DNA of 64,000 bases from positions 1,054,001 through 1,118,000 of the forward strand of contig NC_089434.1 in assembly GCF_026210795.1 (NCBI RefSeq), read 5' to 3'. A model generated the notes under the pieces. That model did no database searches and had not been told where the DNA came from. It saw only the letters and a program-made list of their open reading frames with translations. The position numbers and the translations under genes were made by a program. The DNA comes from Rhizophagus irregularis (taxonomy: Eukaryota). This document shows, piece by piece, positions 13,201 to 26,630 of the stretch (positions within the stretch are counted from its first letter, which is position 1; the number at the start of each line of letters is the position of its first letter).

Positions 13201-16200
13201 TTTATAATCACATGGTATCAATTGAGATAACAGTTCACACTTCAGACTTGTACAGACAATCCCGGAAAAATTACAGCCATATGATCATCAATATATCAAT
13301 TATCAACCAAATTTTACGCATCTAGATCCATCTAAAGAGCAAATATTCATCGGAAATCCAAAAACTTTAAGCTTCTTACTCTAGTGGTTCCTGTCTAATC
13401 TCATCAAAGATTAGCTTTAAATACTTTTTTTAAAAAAGAGATGAAATGATTTAAAGAATAATAAAATATAATTGTTCAATCTAAAAGTGTATAAGATATA
13501 ATTGTAAAGAATATGTAAAATAAACATTTAAAATGTATTAAATATATAATATTATACAGAGTCCATAAAGAATAAAATGAGTTAATTAATTAAAGTATAT
13601 GGTTTATTCATTCTAATCTAATGAAAGTCTCAAGGCAACGTTATTAAGCTTCTTAATAGACTTGATATTATATTTAGTATAACTGATAATGTATTCTCTG
13701 ACGAATACATATCATTATTTATATTATTTATATTAGATATATATATGTGTGTATATATATGAGCACATATAAATATCATTAAAAATATAAAAAAAAAATT
13801 TTATTTCGGGGAAGCCTCCTATTTATACTATTTTATATAAAATTATATATCACATGAATCATGTGATACAATATTAATATAACCGCAGCCACAGCCGCAG
13901 TTATTTATTTAAACTAAAAATAAGCTTTTTCCTTTTTGGGTTCGATTTTGATATAGTAAGTTTTTACGAACAAATTTTTACTTTTTTTTTTGAGAAAAGT
14001 TACTAACTTTTCTCATTTCTTTGTAGGTTCCATTTTTTTTTCTGAATATAGAAAGTTTCGCAATTTTTGCAAAACTTATTTTTTAAGAAACCAGATTTCG
14101 GTAAATATATTTTTCATTCTTTTTTTTTAATATTTTAACGAACTATTATTAACAGTTTTAGTTCTTTTTTTTTAGGTAATTCTTTGAGTCTCTTTGGACG
14201 TGGGAATTCGGCAAGTAAAATTTTTATTTTTTTCTTTTTTAGTTTAATAAATAGTTACTAACTGTTCGTTTTTTCTTTTTTTTAGATGGTTCTTTCAGGT
14301 TTTTTTAGAGGTTACATTCTGGTAAGTTTTTGACTATTTTTTTATTTAACTTTTCCATCTTTCAACGAACAGTTTCTAATACATTTTTTTTTTTTAGACA
14401 GTTTTTCGGATTTCTTAAGATATTGGATTTTGGTAAGTATATGTTTTCACTTTTCAAAATTTTTTTCGCCTTTTAACAAATGGTTTCTAACTGTTCATTT
14501 TATGTTTTTTAAGGCGTTCTCTCAAATCTTTGGATATGAAATTTTGGTAAGTAATTTTAATTTTTTTCTTAATAATTTTATTTTAACAACTTATTAACAG
14601 TTTATTCTTTGGTTTTTCTCTTTTAGGTTTTGCTGATTCTTTCTGGAAATAGAGGTGGCTATTAAAGATCAATGGAGTGCCAAAAAAGTTAAGTGTAAAG
14701 ACGTATCAAGAAAGTTGGCTGATAATCATCCATTTTATCGAAATCTCTATAGAGCTTATGCAGATTATTTAAATTAAAGTGCAGCAATATTGAACAAAAC
14801 ATAGAATTTTATAGTTCAATTTCATACATGGTTATTAAAGACAATCAAGAACCTGTACGATTAAAACTTCATATTGGCGATATTGTAGATCTAAATGAAG
14901 AATTTAAAGGTGTCGCATATGCTATAAAGCAAACAATGGTCAAATTTTACACTATTTTTTATTTAATTTCAGGTGACGAACTATGTTGATTTTATATCAA
15001 GATGTCCACTTTATAATATTCAGAAGCTGGAAGAATCACGTTAGTTTTGAATCTTTCCAATCAATTTTATTGATCACGTCTCAAATTCACTTTATTCACG
15101 AATATAAAAGTACATGTAGCACCAAGCATGATGAGGCTAATTGAAGTTATGTTTTAAATAGTTTTTATTATACTGCAGTTTAATCAGCTAGACAACTATA
15201 TTGCTAACATTATATTATTATATTACACTAGAGAAATTCTTTCAAAAATCAAGTCGTACATGAATTTATTGGAGGAAATTTTAATTTAAATCGAAATTTT
15301 TATCATACAATCATTATATTATTTTATTATTTTTGAAACATGGCTATTATATTATTTTATTATTATTACTCTGTCTTCGATATATTTTCAATATATGATT
15401 GTTATATAAAATTGAATTTCTATTATATTATTGATACATATTTACCATATGATGGCTATATAAAATTAATATTTCAAATAATATTTTTATCACATCTCTG
15501 ACACATATTTGGCATATAATAACCATATAAATTTAACATTCAAAATAATATTTTACCATGTCTCTAACATATAGTTACTATATAAAAATAAGATTTTTAT
15601 ATTATATGTTCAACATATTGTCAGCATATAGTTAAAACAGAGATAACATAAATAGGAATATCATATGTCTGGTATATTTTAAAAATATCGCTAACATATT
15701 TTGTAAAAACCAAAGGTTTCTGCAAAGTAATTAATAATTTTGAAGGTAATTTCATCCACAAGTTATTGGATTCGTCATCTGGCTCTTCCTCTGAATCCTG
15801 AAATGTGAAGCATTAGCAACGTTGTCTTTTTATATATGCTAAATAATTAATATTTAATACTTTAGGCGATAACAAAGACTTACTAACAAAATTTAATGAA
15901 TTACAAATAAATTCAGAAAATGGTAAGTCGAATAATATAAAAATAGATAATATATAGCTATTAATTATCGTAATAATTTTTATTATTTAGATACTCAAGA
16001 TAATTTTATTAAAGACGAAACGATACAACAACAAATAAAAAATTATCGTATTGATATTAGCGGTATATAAATATTTTTTAAAACTAATTAATATTTTTAA
16101 TTTTATTAATTTTATGATATATTGTATTTTATAGATGAAGATGAAATATGTAATAATCCAAATTTTCATTCAGAGGAACAAGATGAGTTTGAAATTCCTG

Positions 16201-16308
16201 ATGGTAATAATGTTTGTTACATGTATTTAGAATATTTTAAACTTATTTGACCTTAAAATACTGAAAATATTTTTTTTTACTATTAATAAAAATTTTTTAG
16301 ATATTTAA
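10202..16308 (+). pseudogene. TKL-type protein kinase, copy 1; probably disrupted (A10 frameshift in exon 2 and 3.7-kb TE in exon 5)
   Basis: Exon 1 is 10202-10786 and exon 2 is 10864-11642. Motifs KGGFSEIY, VILK, HRDLHSGNIL, SDLG, APE. Acceptor-to-MLV distance is 88 nt versus 87 nt in copies 2-4. Downstream small exons include 11746-11757, 11836-11877 and one starting at 11948 that is interrupted at 12007. Confidence 0.75.
12007..15727. mobile_element. 3.7-kb degenerate TIR DNA transposon with TA TSD, inserted in kinase copy 1 exon 5
   Basis: 37-bp imperfect TIR ctttgcagaaacctctgattttcacaaaatatgttag / ctaacatattttgtaaaaaccaaaggtttctgcaaag, TA on both sides. Empty site acaataagtaataattttgaagg in copy 2. 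Decayed coding remnant at ~14630-15200 (+) (..LKLHIGDIVDLNEE..HFIHEY..YVLNSFYYTAV*). Confidence 0.88.
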
Positions 16309-17813
16309 ACGAATGTAAAATAAACTATCGATTATCATGTTGATTCATTATTTCAGTTTTTTAAAAAAAATTATTTATATTTATATTCTGAATTATTTAA
16401 ACACTAAGGCTAGAGTAGTAAAATATTTTACAATTTCCTTAGTTTGTAATTTAATAAATATTGTATTTTTTTTCATATTTTATAAAAATAAACGACAATT
16501 TAAGCTTATAATTTATCAAAGTTTAATATTTTACGTTGTTGCACGTCCTTCATTATTAAATTTGAACAAAGAAAATTGTCTAAATAATTCTTTATAAATA
16601 TAATTTGTCTTTAAATATAATTTTATTTTCATCTTTAAATTTATTTCGTATATAGTATGATTGAACGCTAATAAATATATAATAATTAGAACTGTTAAGA
16701 TTAAGACGCCCAAAAATTTAATTGTAAATAATAAAATCATTATTGATTATTTTTATTAAAAAAATATATATATATTTTTTAAAACGTCTATACTAAAAAA
16801 GAATTTTTTTTTTTTTAAAAAAAAAGAATTAATTATTATATATCGAAATTTAATTGATTTCATTGATTTGTCTTTCTGTTAACAAGATCCAGTTTTCGAT
16901 AGAAAAGTCGAATTATGTGACTTTGATGTTCGTTACATTTATTTTCACAAAATATAATTCTACGTCGTGGCTTAATTATGGCTTGAACACTATATGACCA
17001 AATAAAAAAAAATGAAGCCTTTAACAAATATTAATATTGTAACTTTGCTCAAATGATCACATGTAGTATATCAATGATTTAACAATCTAAATTTATAATT
17101 ATTTATTATCGTATTTTTTTTTTTGAAATAAATATTTTACGAAAAAACATTGCATATTCCATTAATTATTTCATTATAAATATTTATTTATTTGTAAATA
17201 CAAATTTTTAAAATAATTAAATAACGCATCAATGAATATTCTTTCCGAATTAATTCAACATTTTTTCGAAATAATTGATATTTATTAATATTTATTACAT
17301 CATTTCAACGCATGAACAAATAATAAAAACCTCATATACTGTATGAGATGATTTAGTTAAAAAATCCTTCCAATATTTCTTTTTATTTGCTGTTGAATAA
17401 ATAATCCACGCTAAATATGTCACAGCAATTAGTTATTATGTGTTTCTTCTTGCCAATGCCTTACAAGCTTATATTTTAGATGATTGTAGAGTGATTATAA
17501 TTGTGAAATTTTCTATTGTATTTTTTTTGCATGAAAACGTATCAGACTAATTATTGCGTAAAATAGTTTTGGTTCAATTAAAAATTTTTTAATTAAATTT
17601 AAATCCTGGTACAACTTACGGGAAATAATATGCACGATGCACCAATAAAATTGCTTGCTGGCGCACTTGTAAATCTGTATTCACGCGTGATTGAATTGTG
17701 GTTACACGATTAATTTAATAGTAAATATTTCGGAGTTTATAAATGAATAACCCGAACTTTTTTTTTCATCTTGCTTTTTGAATAAATTAAATATTTTATA
17801 GTAAAATTTCATT

Positions 17814-20293
17814 ATGTCTACTATTAGTAAAGTTCAAGCAGCACTTAATAGAATGCAAGCATTAATGGATTTCAATATTTACAATGACTTACACAAACAA
17901 TATGAATTTCAAAAACAAACACTTCTTGCTGATAATTCCCTTACAGAAGATGAAAAAACTAAAGCAATAAAAAAAATAAGCGAAACTTATGACAGAAGAA
18001 AAGTTTATTATAATTCAGGAACAAAAAGAATTTGTGAGAATTGTAATCAAGAATGTTTGGCCACATTATGGTGTGAATATTGTATTCGAAATTATTTAAG
18101 AACAGAATTTTCAAATTGGACATCTGGGAATGATGATATTGATAATTTAATACAAAAATGCCAAATGGAAACACTTAATCCAACAAGGATAATTGAATGG
18201 ATTCCATATAATAATTTACAAAATATTAAATATCTAACAAAAGGTGGATTTTCTGAAATCTTTACAGCAAAATGGATTGGTGGAAGATATAAAGTATGGG
18301 ATTTTAAAGAACAGAAATTAGAAAAATCTGATAATATAAAAGTAATACTTAAAAAATTAGAAAATTTGGAAAGTACAAACAGAAATTGGTTTGAAGAGGT
18401 TTGTAAAACATTTTTATAATCTTAAGTTATCAAAAGTTTTTACTTAATAATTTCTGTATTTTTGTATTATAGGCTATATCGCATTTAACCATCAGTAATA
18501 AAGATGCATATTTTGTTCAGTGTTTTGGCTTAACCAAAGATCCATTAAAAAAAAATTATATGCTTGTAATGGATAGATTGGGTATAGATTTGAGAAAATA
18601 TTTGCAACAAAATCATAATCAACTTACTTGGAAAGTAAGAATTTTTATTGCTCACAGGATAATTAGTGCACTTGCTATAATTCACAAAAAAAATGTAATT
18701 CATAGAGATTTGCATTCTGGAAATATATTGCATTCTCCAAGAAGTGATAGGTGGCGTATTAGTGATCTTGGATTTTGTGGCCCTGCAGATAAACCAACAA
18801 AAAGTATATATGGAAATCTTCCCTATATAGCACCTGAGGTTATTTCTGGAAAACAAACTACAACAGCGTCTGATATTTATAGTGTTGCAATGCTTATGTG
18901 GGAGATTTCATCTGGACAACCACCATTTATTAATTATGAACATGATTATGATCTTGCAATGAATATAATTAATGGTATAAGGCCAAGAATAGTATCAGGA
19001 ACTCCTTTAGAATATAAAAATTTAATTGTACAATGTTGGGATGCCGATCCATCAAAAAGACTTAATATCAGTGAACTTCTAAGAAAAATAAGAGAAATTG
19101 ATTTATCATATCAAAACATGCCAAATGAATCATTTCAAACCAATATAACTAATAATTTAGAATCAGGTTTTACAAATACATATAACAAATTATTTACAAG
19201 TAAAATTCACCAATTTGAAAATTTTCCTGAACCAAGAAATGCAACTGAAGGTATTTGAGCATTATATATATAGTATTTGTCTTTTATATTAAAAATTATT
19301 ATATGTAATGTGTTTCTTTTTATTTAATTTACAATAACAGAAGAACAAGAAGGTAAGATTTTTACAGTATTTTGAAATTATTTACTTATGAGAAATAGTA
19401 TAATTAATTTATATACTATATGTAATTTAGAATTTCACAGTAAACCACATGATTTTCATATTCCTGATAATAGTAAGTAAAGTGATTAAATCATCATTTA
19501 AATAAAATATTACATACTAATTGATTTCTTTCTATTTTTAGTTGATGATTTTGATAAATCAAGTACTAATCAGAAAAGCAATAGTGCATCATCAACAATA
19601 AGTAATAATTTTGAAGGTAATTTCATCCGCAAGTTATTGAATTTATCATCTACTAACTCTTCTTCTGAACCCCGAAATGTGGAGAATTAGCAACGTTATC
19701 TTTTTATATATACTAAACAATTAATATTTAATACTTTTTAGGCGATAACAAAGACTTACTAACAAAATTTAATGAATTACAAATAAATTCAGAAAATGGT
19801 AGGCGAATAATATAAAAATAGATAATATATTGAGTCGTAGCAGGCTGCTTCCTAAGGAGATCAGGCCAAGGGGAGCCAAGGCAACCTAAACTAGATGTTC
19901 GTTTTTTCAAAGGGTTTGTGGTCTAACTGGAAAAACAATTAATAACTATTAATTATAATAATAATTTTTATTATTTAGATACCCAAAATAATTTTATTAA
20001 AGACGAACAACAAATAAAAAATTATCATATTGATATTAGTGGTATATAAATATTTTTTAAAACTAATTAATTTTACATTAATATTTTTAATTTTATTAAT
20101 TTTATGATATATTGTACTATTTTATAGATGAAGATGAGATATGTAATAATCCAAATTTTCATTCGGAGGAACAAGATGAGTTTGAAATTCCTGATGGTAA
20201 GATTATATGTATTTAGGATATTTTAAATTTATTTGACCATAAATTACTGAAAATATTTTTTTTACCATTAATAAAATTTTTTTAGATATTTAA
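17814..20293 (+). CDS. TKL-type protein kinase with N-terminal CxxC..CxxC module, copy 2 (multi-exon, apparently intact)
   Basis: Exon 1 from 17814 splices in phase 0 to exon 2 at 18473 (A9 run, in frame). All kinase motifs present. A 12-nt micro-exon (aagaacaagaag) and several small 3' exons end with D-I-stop at 20291-20293. The 3' exon model is inferred from splice consensus. Confidence 0.85.
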
Positions 20294-21036
20294 ACGAATG
20301 TAAAATGAACTATCGATTATTATATTGATTCTATTTTTTTTTTAAATTATTTAAATTTATATTCTGAATTATTTAAACACTATGGCTAGAGTAGTAAAAT
20401 ATTTTACAATTTCCTTAGTTTGTAATTTAAATAATTACTGTATTTTTTTATATTTTATAAAAAATAAACAACAATTTAAGCTTATAATTTACCAAAGTTT
20501 AATATTTTACGTTTTTACACGTCCCTTCATTATTAAATTTGAACAAAACAAATTGTTTAAATAATTCTTTACAAATAACTTGTCTTTAAATATAATTTTA
20601 TTTTCATCTTTAAATTTATTTCGGTAGTGTATAGTATGATTGAACGCTAATAAATATATAATAACTAGAATTGTTAAGATTAAGACGCCCAAAAATTTAA
20701 ATGCAAATAATAAAATCATTATTATTATTTTTATTAGTATATAAATTTTTTTAAAACGTCTATACTAAAAAAGAATTTTTTTTTTTAAAAAAAAGAATTA
20801 ATTATTATATACTATCAAAATTTAATTGATTTAATTAATTTGTTTTTCTGTTAACACGATCCAGTTTTCGATAGAAAAGTCGAATTACGTGGCTTTGATA
20901 TTCGTTATATTTATTTTCACAAAATTTAATTCTCTATCGTGGCTTATTATGGTTTGAACACTATATAACCAAAAAAAAAAATGACTTTAACAATTATTAA
21001 TATTGTAACTTTACTCAATTGATCACATACAGTATA

Positions 21037-23267
21037 GGCCTAACCAAGCAAAAAGTGTGTTTAACATAATATACAATACTACAGCTTAGGGGGGGGGAGG
21101 GGAAGTTGAACAACAATAAGTAAGTTGAACAAATATAATTTCAGTCAGAATTACTCTTAATTTTGGCCAAAATTTTTATAACAATATAATAGAATAAAGT
21201 TTCTATTTTGCATAAAAAATATTTATTATTATTATTTATTTGAAATTGCTCATTATATTTTAATGACTATTATAAACTTATAGATCATTTCTTTTTCTTT
21301 TCCGAGTATTAGTTTTATTGAAATTGCAATTGGCATATACAAAATTTCTTGTTGCCGTCTATCATCAACTGCAGGTGTATTCTATAAGCAATAATAAATT
21401 CTTTAAATAAAATTTAAATAAAATACGTAAATAATTAAACTTAAATATCTACTTCGTTAAAATATGCTCCCATCTCATCTCAGAAACGATTAAACTCTTT
21501 TCCTTTAAATCCATTATTAGTACGCAGATCAACAATAATTGATGGATCCTCAAGCTGCATCATTATACGTAAACGTTCTTCAATTTCTTTGCTAATTACA
21601 TTATTTGTTGTAGAGGCATCACCAGTTAAGTCAAAATATAAAGTTCGAAGTACAACTGGTGTAACCTTTTTAAAAAGAGAATACTTGAAAAAAATTGTAT
21701 TAGTTTCGCCTATTATAAATTCAATCATAATAGTAATACATTGTACAAAAAACTCACTTCTTTTAAAGCATTCTTGCGCATCTGACGTGTATAATATTTT
21801 GGCAAATTTTCATTAATTGCTGCTATTATGCGGGCATTTTCTGTTTCTGATCGATGGTCACTCCTTACTGGAACTTTCCAAATATAGTTAACAGTTCCAA
21901 GATAATTACCCTGATAATACCGGTAAATTGTTACAGGAACATTAAGTGGCAAATTTTTGATGTAATTGTATTTTTGTATTACATCATATGGTGTATATTC
22001 ATCAAGATCAAAAAACTCATAAGAATCTTTTTCAAGCAAAAAATTAGAGAGTTCTTCATATTTGGAATGAATGCTGTCAGATACTTCAATTGTGTATACT
22101 TTTAAATCACAACCAGGATTACGTGTTGAGACATCACTGTAATGTATTGTATTCATTTTTTGATTAACCTCTTGCAAATAAGAGATATACTTTTTAATAC
22201 TTTCAATCAGTAAAAGAACTTGAATAATAAAATCCATCCATTTATCTTTGCTTGCCCAAGGTTGTTCAATAGATGATTCTAATGATTTAACCAGTTGCTC
22301 AATTTTCTCACGTGAAAGCTGCTCCTTTTTATGATGTCCAGTAAAATAAAACTTATTGTAATTTTCGTTACATTGATATTGCTCTAATTCATTGAATATA
22401 TCTGGTAATTTTAATGAACGAGAAATTAGTTTTTCCCAGTGTGGATCAATATACCAGAGAAGAGCAACTAGTCTATCCACAAATTTTTTAGCAATTGACT
22501 CTGAATTTACGCCACTCCACCCATATTTTTGATTTTTTCTCAATAAAGAAATAACATCATTGTATAAAGTATCACGTTGAGTATCTTCTCTTTTTTGCAT
22601 AGGAAAGTAAGGTTGATGAGCTCTTTGCATCCGTCATGGTGTCAAAAATATTTGTTTGATTTTGTTGAATCTCTTGATTTCTAGAACTACTTTCATTTCG
22701 TCATATAGTCCTTCTTCAACATAAATCCATTTATTATTGATTTCTCCCACATAGTAAACATGAACACTTCGTGTAATAGAAACCAGATCTTTTGTAATTA
22801 CATCATACAATTCCTTAAAAGTATCTGTATTTGAGTCAATTTTAACAATTTTTTGACTGATAATATTTTTTTTTACCATCGTCAACCCTGACAAAAAAGT
22901 GACATGTTGGAAAATTAGTAACGCGTCAAAAAAAAAAATCAAATTGCGTAAAAAAATCATTTTGCGTATTACGGTAAATTGGTAATTCATCTGTATATAC
23001 GGTAAATTGCTGATTCGTTTGTACAAATGGTAAAATGCTGAAATTTCCGATTTCTTTTGTATATGTAGTATTAAGTAACGAAAGGGAGTGAGAAAATTTT
23101 CTTATTTATATGTGAAATTTGATGTGATACTGCATGTAAATTTTTTTTTTTTTTGTAGTATGATTTACTAATTAATCACATGATAATATTTAAGATTGTT
23201 CAAGAACAACTGTTTGACTTAGGGGGAAGGGGGGGTATGTTAAACACACTTTTTGCTTGGTCCGGCC
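21037..23267 (-). mobile_element. 2.2-kb internally deleted DNA transposon, GGCC termini, 3-bp TSD (ATA); Zator-like by terminal signature
   Basis: 32-bp TIR ggcctaaccaagcaaaaagtgtgtttaacata versus reverse complement of tatgttaaacacactttttgcttggtccggcc (2 mismatches). Empty site agtatatcaatg in unit 2. GG termini with 3-bp TSD fit Zator (Harbinger is an alternative). Confidence 0.85.
21300..22879 (-). pseudogene. Truncated transposase-associated ORF of the 21037-23267 element
   Basis: ORFs 22634-22879 and 21725-22630 are in the same frame, separated by one TGA. An intron leads to YSLFKKVTPVVLRTLY..DLRTNNG..NRF*DEMG (TGA probably from TGG), then PAVDDRRQ. No DDE core visible. Confidence 0.65.
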
Positions 23268-23967
23268 ATATCAATGATTTAACAATCTAAATTCATAATT
23301 AATTTCAGTTATTATCGTATTATCGTATTTTTTTTTTTTTTTTTTTGAAATAAATATTTTACGAAAAAACATTGCATATTCCATTCATTATTTCGTTATG
23401 AATATTTATTTATTTGTAAATACAAATTTTTAAAATAATTAAATAACGCAACAATGAATATTCTTTCCGAATTAAATCAACATTTTTTCGAAATAATTGA
23501 TATTTATTAATATTTATTGCATCATTTCAACGCATGAACAAGTAATAAAAACCTCATATACTGTATGAAATGATTTAGTTAAAAAATCCTTCCAATAATT
23601 CTTTTTATTTGCTGTTGAATAAATAATCTACGCTAAATATGTCACAGCAATTAGTTTCTTCTTGCCAATGCCTTACAAGCTTATATTTTTAGATAATTGT
23701 TAGAGTGATTACAATTGGGCTAAATGTTTTTTGAATTATAATAAACCTAAGATTATTTGTACGACTTACGGGAAATAATATACGCGATGCACCAATAAAA
23801 TTGCTTGCTGACGCACTTGTAAATCTGTATTCACGCGTGATTTGAATTGTGGTTACACGATTAATTAATTTAATAGTAAATATTTCGGAGTTTATAAATG
23901 AATAACCCGAACTTTTTTTTTCATCTTGCTTTTGAACAAATTAAATATTTTATAATAAAATTTCATC

Positions 23968-26347
23968 ATGTCCGGTATTCGAACAGAAGTAGTTTGGGCA
24001 GCACTTAATAGATCAAAAGCATTAATGGATTATAATATTTACAATAACATACATAAAAAATATGAATTTCAAAAACAAACACTTCTTGCTGATAATTCCC
24101 TTACAGAAGATGAAAAAACTGAAGCAATAAAAAAATTAAGCAAAACTTATGACAAATATAAAGTTTTAAAAAATGAAGGAACAAAAAGAATTTGTGAGAA
24201 TTGTAATCAAGAATGTTTGGCCACATTATGGTATGAATATTGTATTCGAAATTATTTAAAAACAAAATTTTCAAATTGGACATCTGGAAATGATGATATT
24301 GATGATTTAATACAAAAATGTCAAACGGAAACACTTAATCCAAGAGCGATAATTGAATGGATTCCATATAATAAATTACAGAATATTGAATTTCTAACAA
24401 AAGGTGGATTTTCTGAAATTTATACAGCAAAACGGATTGGTGGAAGATATGAAGTATGGAATTTTAAAGAACAGAAATTAGAAAGATCTGGCTTTAATAC
24501 AAATGTAATACTTAAAAGATTAGAAAATGTAGAAAATGCAAACAATAATTGGTTTGAAGAGGTTTGTAAACATTTTTATAATTTTAAGTTATCAAAAGTT
24601 TTTACTTAATAATTTTTGTATTTTTGTATTATAGGCTATATCGCATTTAACCATCAGCAATAAGGATGCATGCTTTGTTCAGTGTTATGGCTTAACCCAA
24701 GATCCATTAAAAAAAAATTATATGCTTGTAATGAATAAAATGGATATAGATTTGAGAAAATATTTGCAACAAAATCATAATCAACTTACTTGGAAAGTAA
24801 GAATTTTTATTGTTCGCGAAATAATTGTAGCAGTTTATAATATTCATAAAAAAAATATAATTCATAGAGATTTGCATTCTGGAAATATATTACATTCTCC
24901 AAGAAGTGATAGGTGGCATATTAGTGATCTTGGATTTTGTGGCCCTGCAGATAAACCAACAAAAAGTATATATGGAAATCTTCCCTATATAGCACCTGAG
25001 GTTATTTCTGGAAAACAAACTACAAAAGCATCTGATATTTATAGTGTTGCAATGCTTATGTGGGAGATTTCATCTGGACAACCACCATTTATTAATTATG
25101 AACATGATTATGATCTTGCAATAAATATAATTAATGGCATAAGGCCAAGAATAATATCAGGAACTCCTTTAGAATATAAAAATTTAATTGTACAATGTTG
25201 GGATGCCGATCCATCAAAAAGACCTAATATCAGTAAACTTCTAAGAAAAATAAGAGAAATTGATTTATCATATCAAAACATGCCAAATGAATCATTTCAA
25301 ACCAATATAACTAATAATTTAGAATCAGATTATACAAATACACATAACAAATTATTTGCAAGTAAAATTCACCAATTTGAAAATTTTCCTGAACCAAGAA
25401 ATGCGACTGAAGGTATTTGACAATTTATATATATAGTATTTGCCTTTTATATTAAAAATTATTATATATAATATGTTTCTTCTTTTTTATTTAATTCACA
25501 ATAACAGAAGAACAAGAAGGTAAGATTTTTATAGTATTTTGAAATTATTTTTTTATGATAAATGGTATGATTAATTTATATATGTAATTTAGAATTTCAC
25601 AGTAAACCACATGATTTTCATATTCCTGATAATAGTAAGTAAAGTAATTAAATCATTATTTAAATAAACATTACACACTAATTGATTCTTTTTATTTTTA
25701 GTTGATGATTTTGGTAAATCAAATACTAATCGGAAAAGCAGTAGTACATCAACAATAAGTGATAATTTCGAAGGTAATTTCATCCACAAGTTATTACTAT
25801 ATTCATCATCTGGTTCTTCCTCTGAACCTTGAAATGTGGAGTCTTTTTATATATACTAAATAATTAATATTTAATACTTTTAGACGATAACATATACTTA
25901 CTAACAAAATTTAATGAATTACAAATAAATTCAGCAAATGGTAAGTCGAATAATATAAAAATAGATAATATATAACTATTAATTATCATAATAATTTTTA
26001 TTATTTAGATACTCACAATAATTTTATTAAAGACGAAACAATACAACAACAAATAAAAAATTATCATATTGATATTAATGGTATATAAATATTTTTTTAA
26101 AATCTTTACTTTTACAGTAACAATTAATTTTACATTATTTTTAATTTTATTAATTTTATGGATTTTATAGATGAAGATGAGATATGTAATAATCCATATT
26201 TTCATTCAGAGGAACAAGATGAGTTTGATATTCCTGATGGTAAGAGTTTTTTGTTACATAGTATATTTAGAATATTTTAAATTTATTTGACCTTAAATTA
26301 CTGAAATATTTTTTTTTTACCATTAATAAAACTTTTTAGATATTTAA
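23968..26347 (+). CDS. TKL-type protein kinase, copy 3
   Basis: Exon 2 starts at 24635 in frame (A9). Motifs intact, but Cys->Tyr in the second CxxC (LWYEYC) and Trp->Arg (AKRIGG) relative to paralogs. Terminal D-I-stop at 26345-26347. Confidence 0.8.
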
Positions 26348-26630
26348 ACGAATGTAAAATGAACTTCATATTGATTCTATTTTTTTTTTATCATTATTTA
26401 TATTTATATTCTGAATTATTTAAACACTAAGGCTAGAGTAGTAAAATATTTTACAATTTCCTTAGTTTGTAATTTAAATAATTACTGTATTTTTATTTTT
26501 ATTTTTTCATATTTTATCCAAGTACTATCAATAAATAAACAAATTAAGCTTATAATTTACCAAAGTTTAATATTTTACGTTGAAAACATTGCATTAGCAA
26601 AATAATAAATACTATTTTAATATCTTAAGC

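Larger units (their letters stand above)
8890..26580 (+). repeat. Tandem segmental triplication of a ~4.0-kb kinase gene unit (promoter, gene and 3' flank), inflated by TE insertions in units 1 and 3
   Basis: The marker tgattgaa(a)cgctaata...attaagacgcccaaaaa recurs at ~8890, ~16657 and ~20637. Promoters, introns and 3' flanks are near-identical between units. Confidence 0.9.

Noticed and set aside
13955..14626. CRISPR-like periodicity
   Set aside because: Eukaryotic context; repeats are degenerate intron-like sequence with no identical direct repeats or cas genes.
17959..18856. Antisense ORFs over kinase exons (likewise over MULE, F-box and other genes)
   Set aside because: Shadow frames of real coding sequence.
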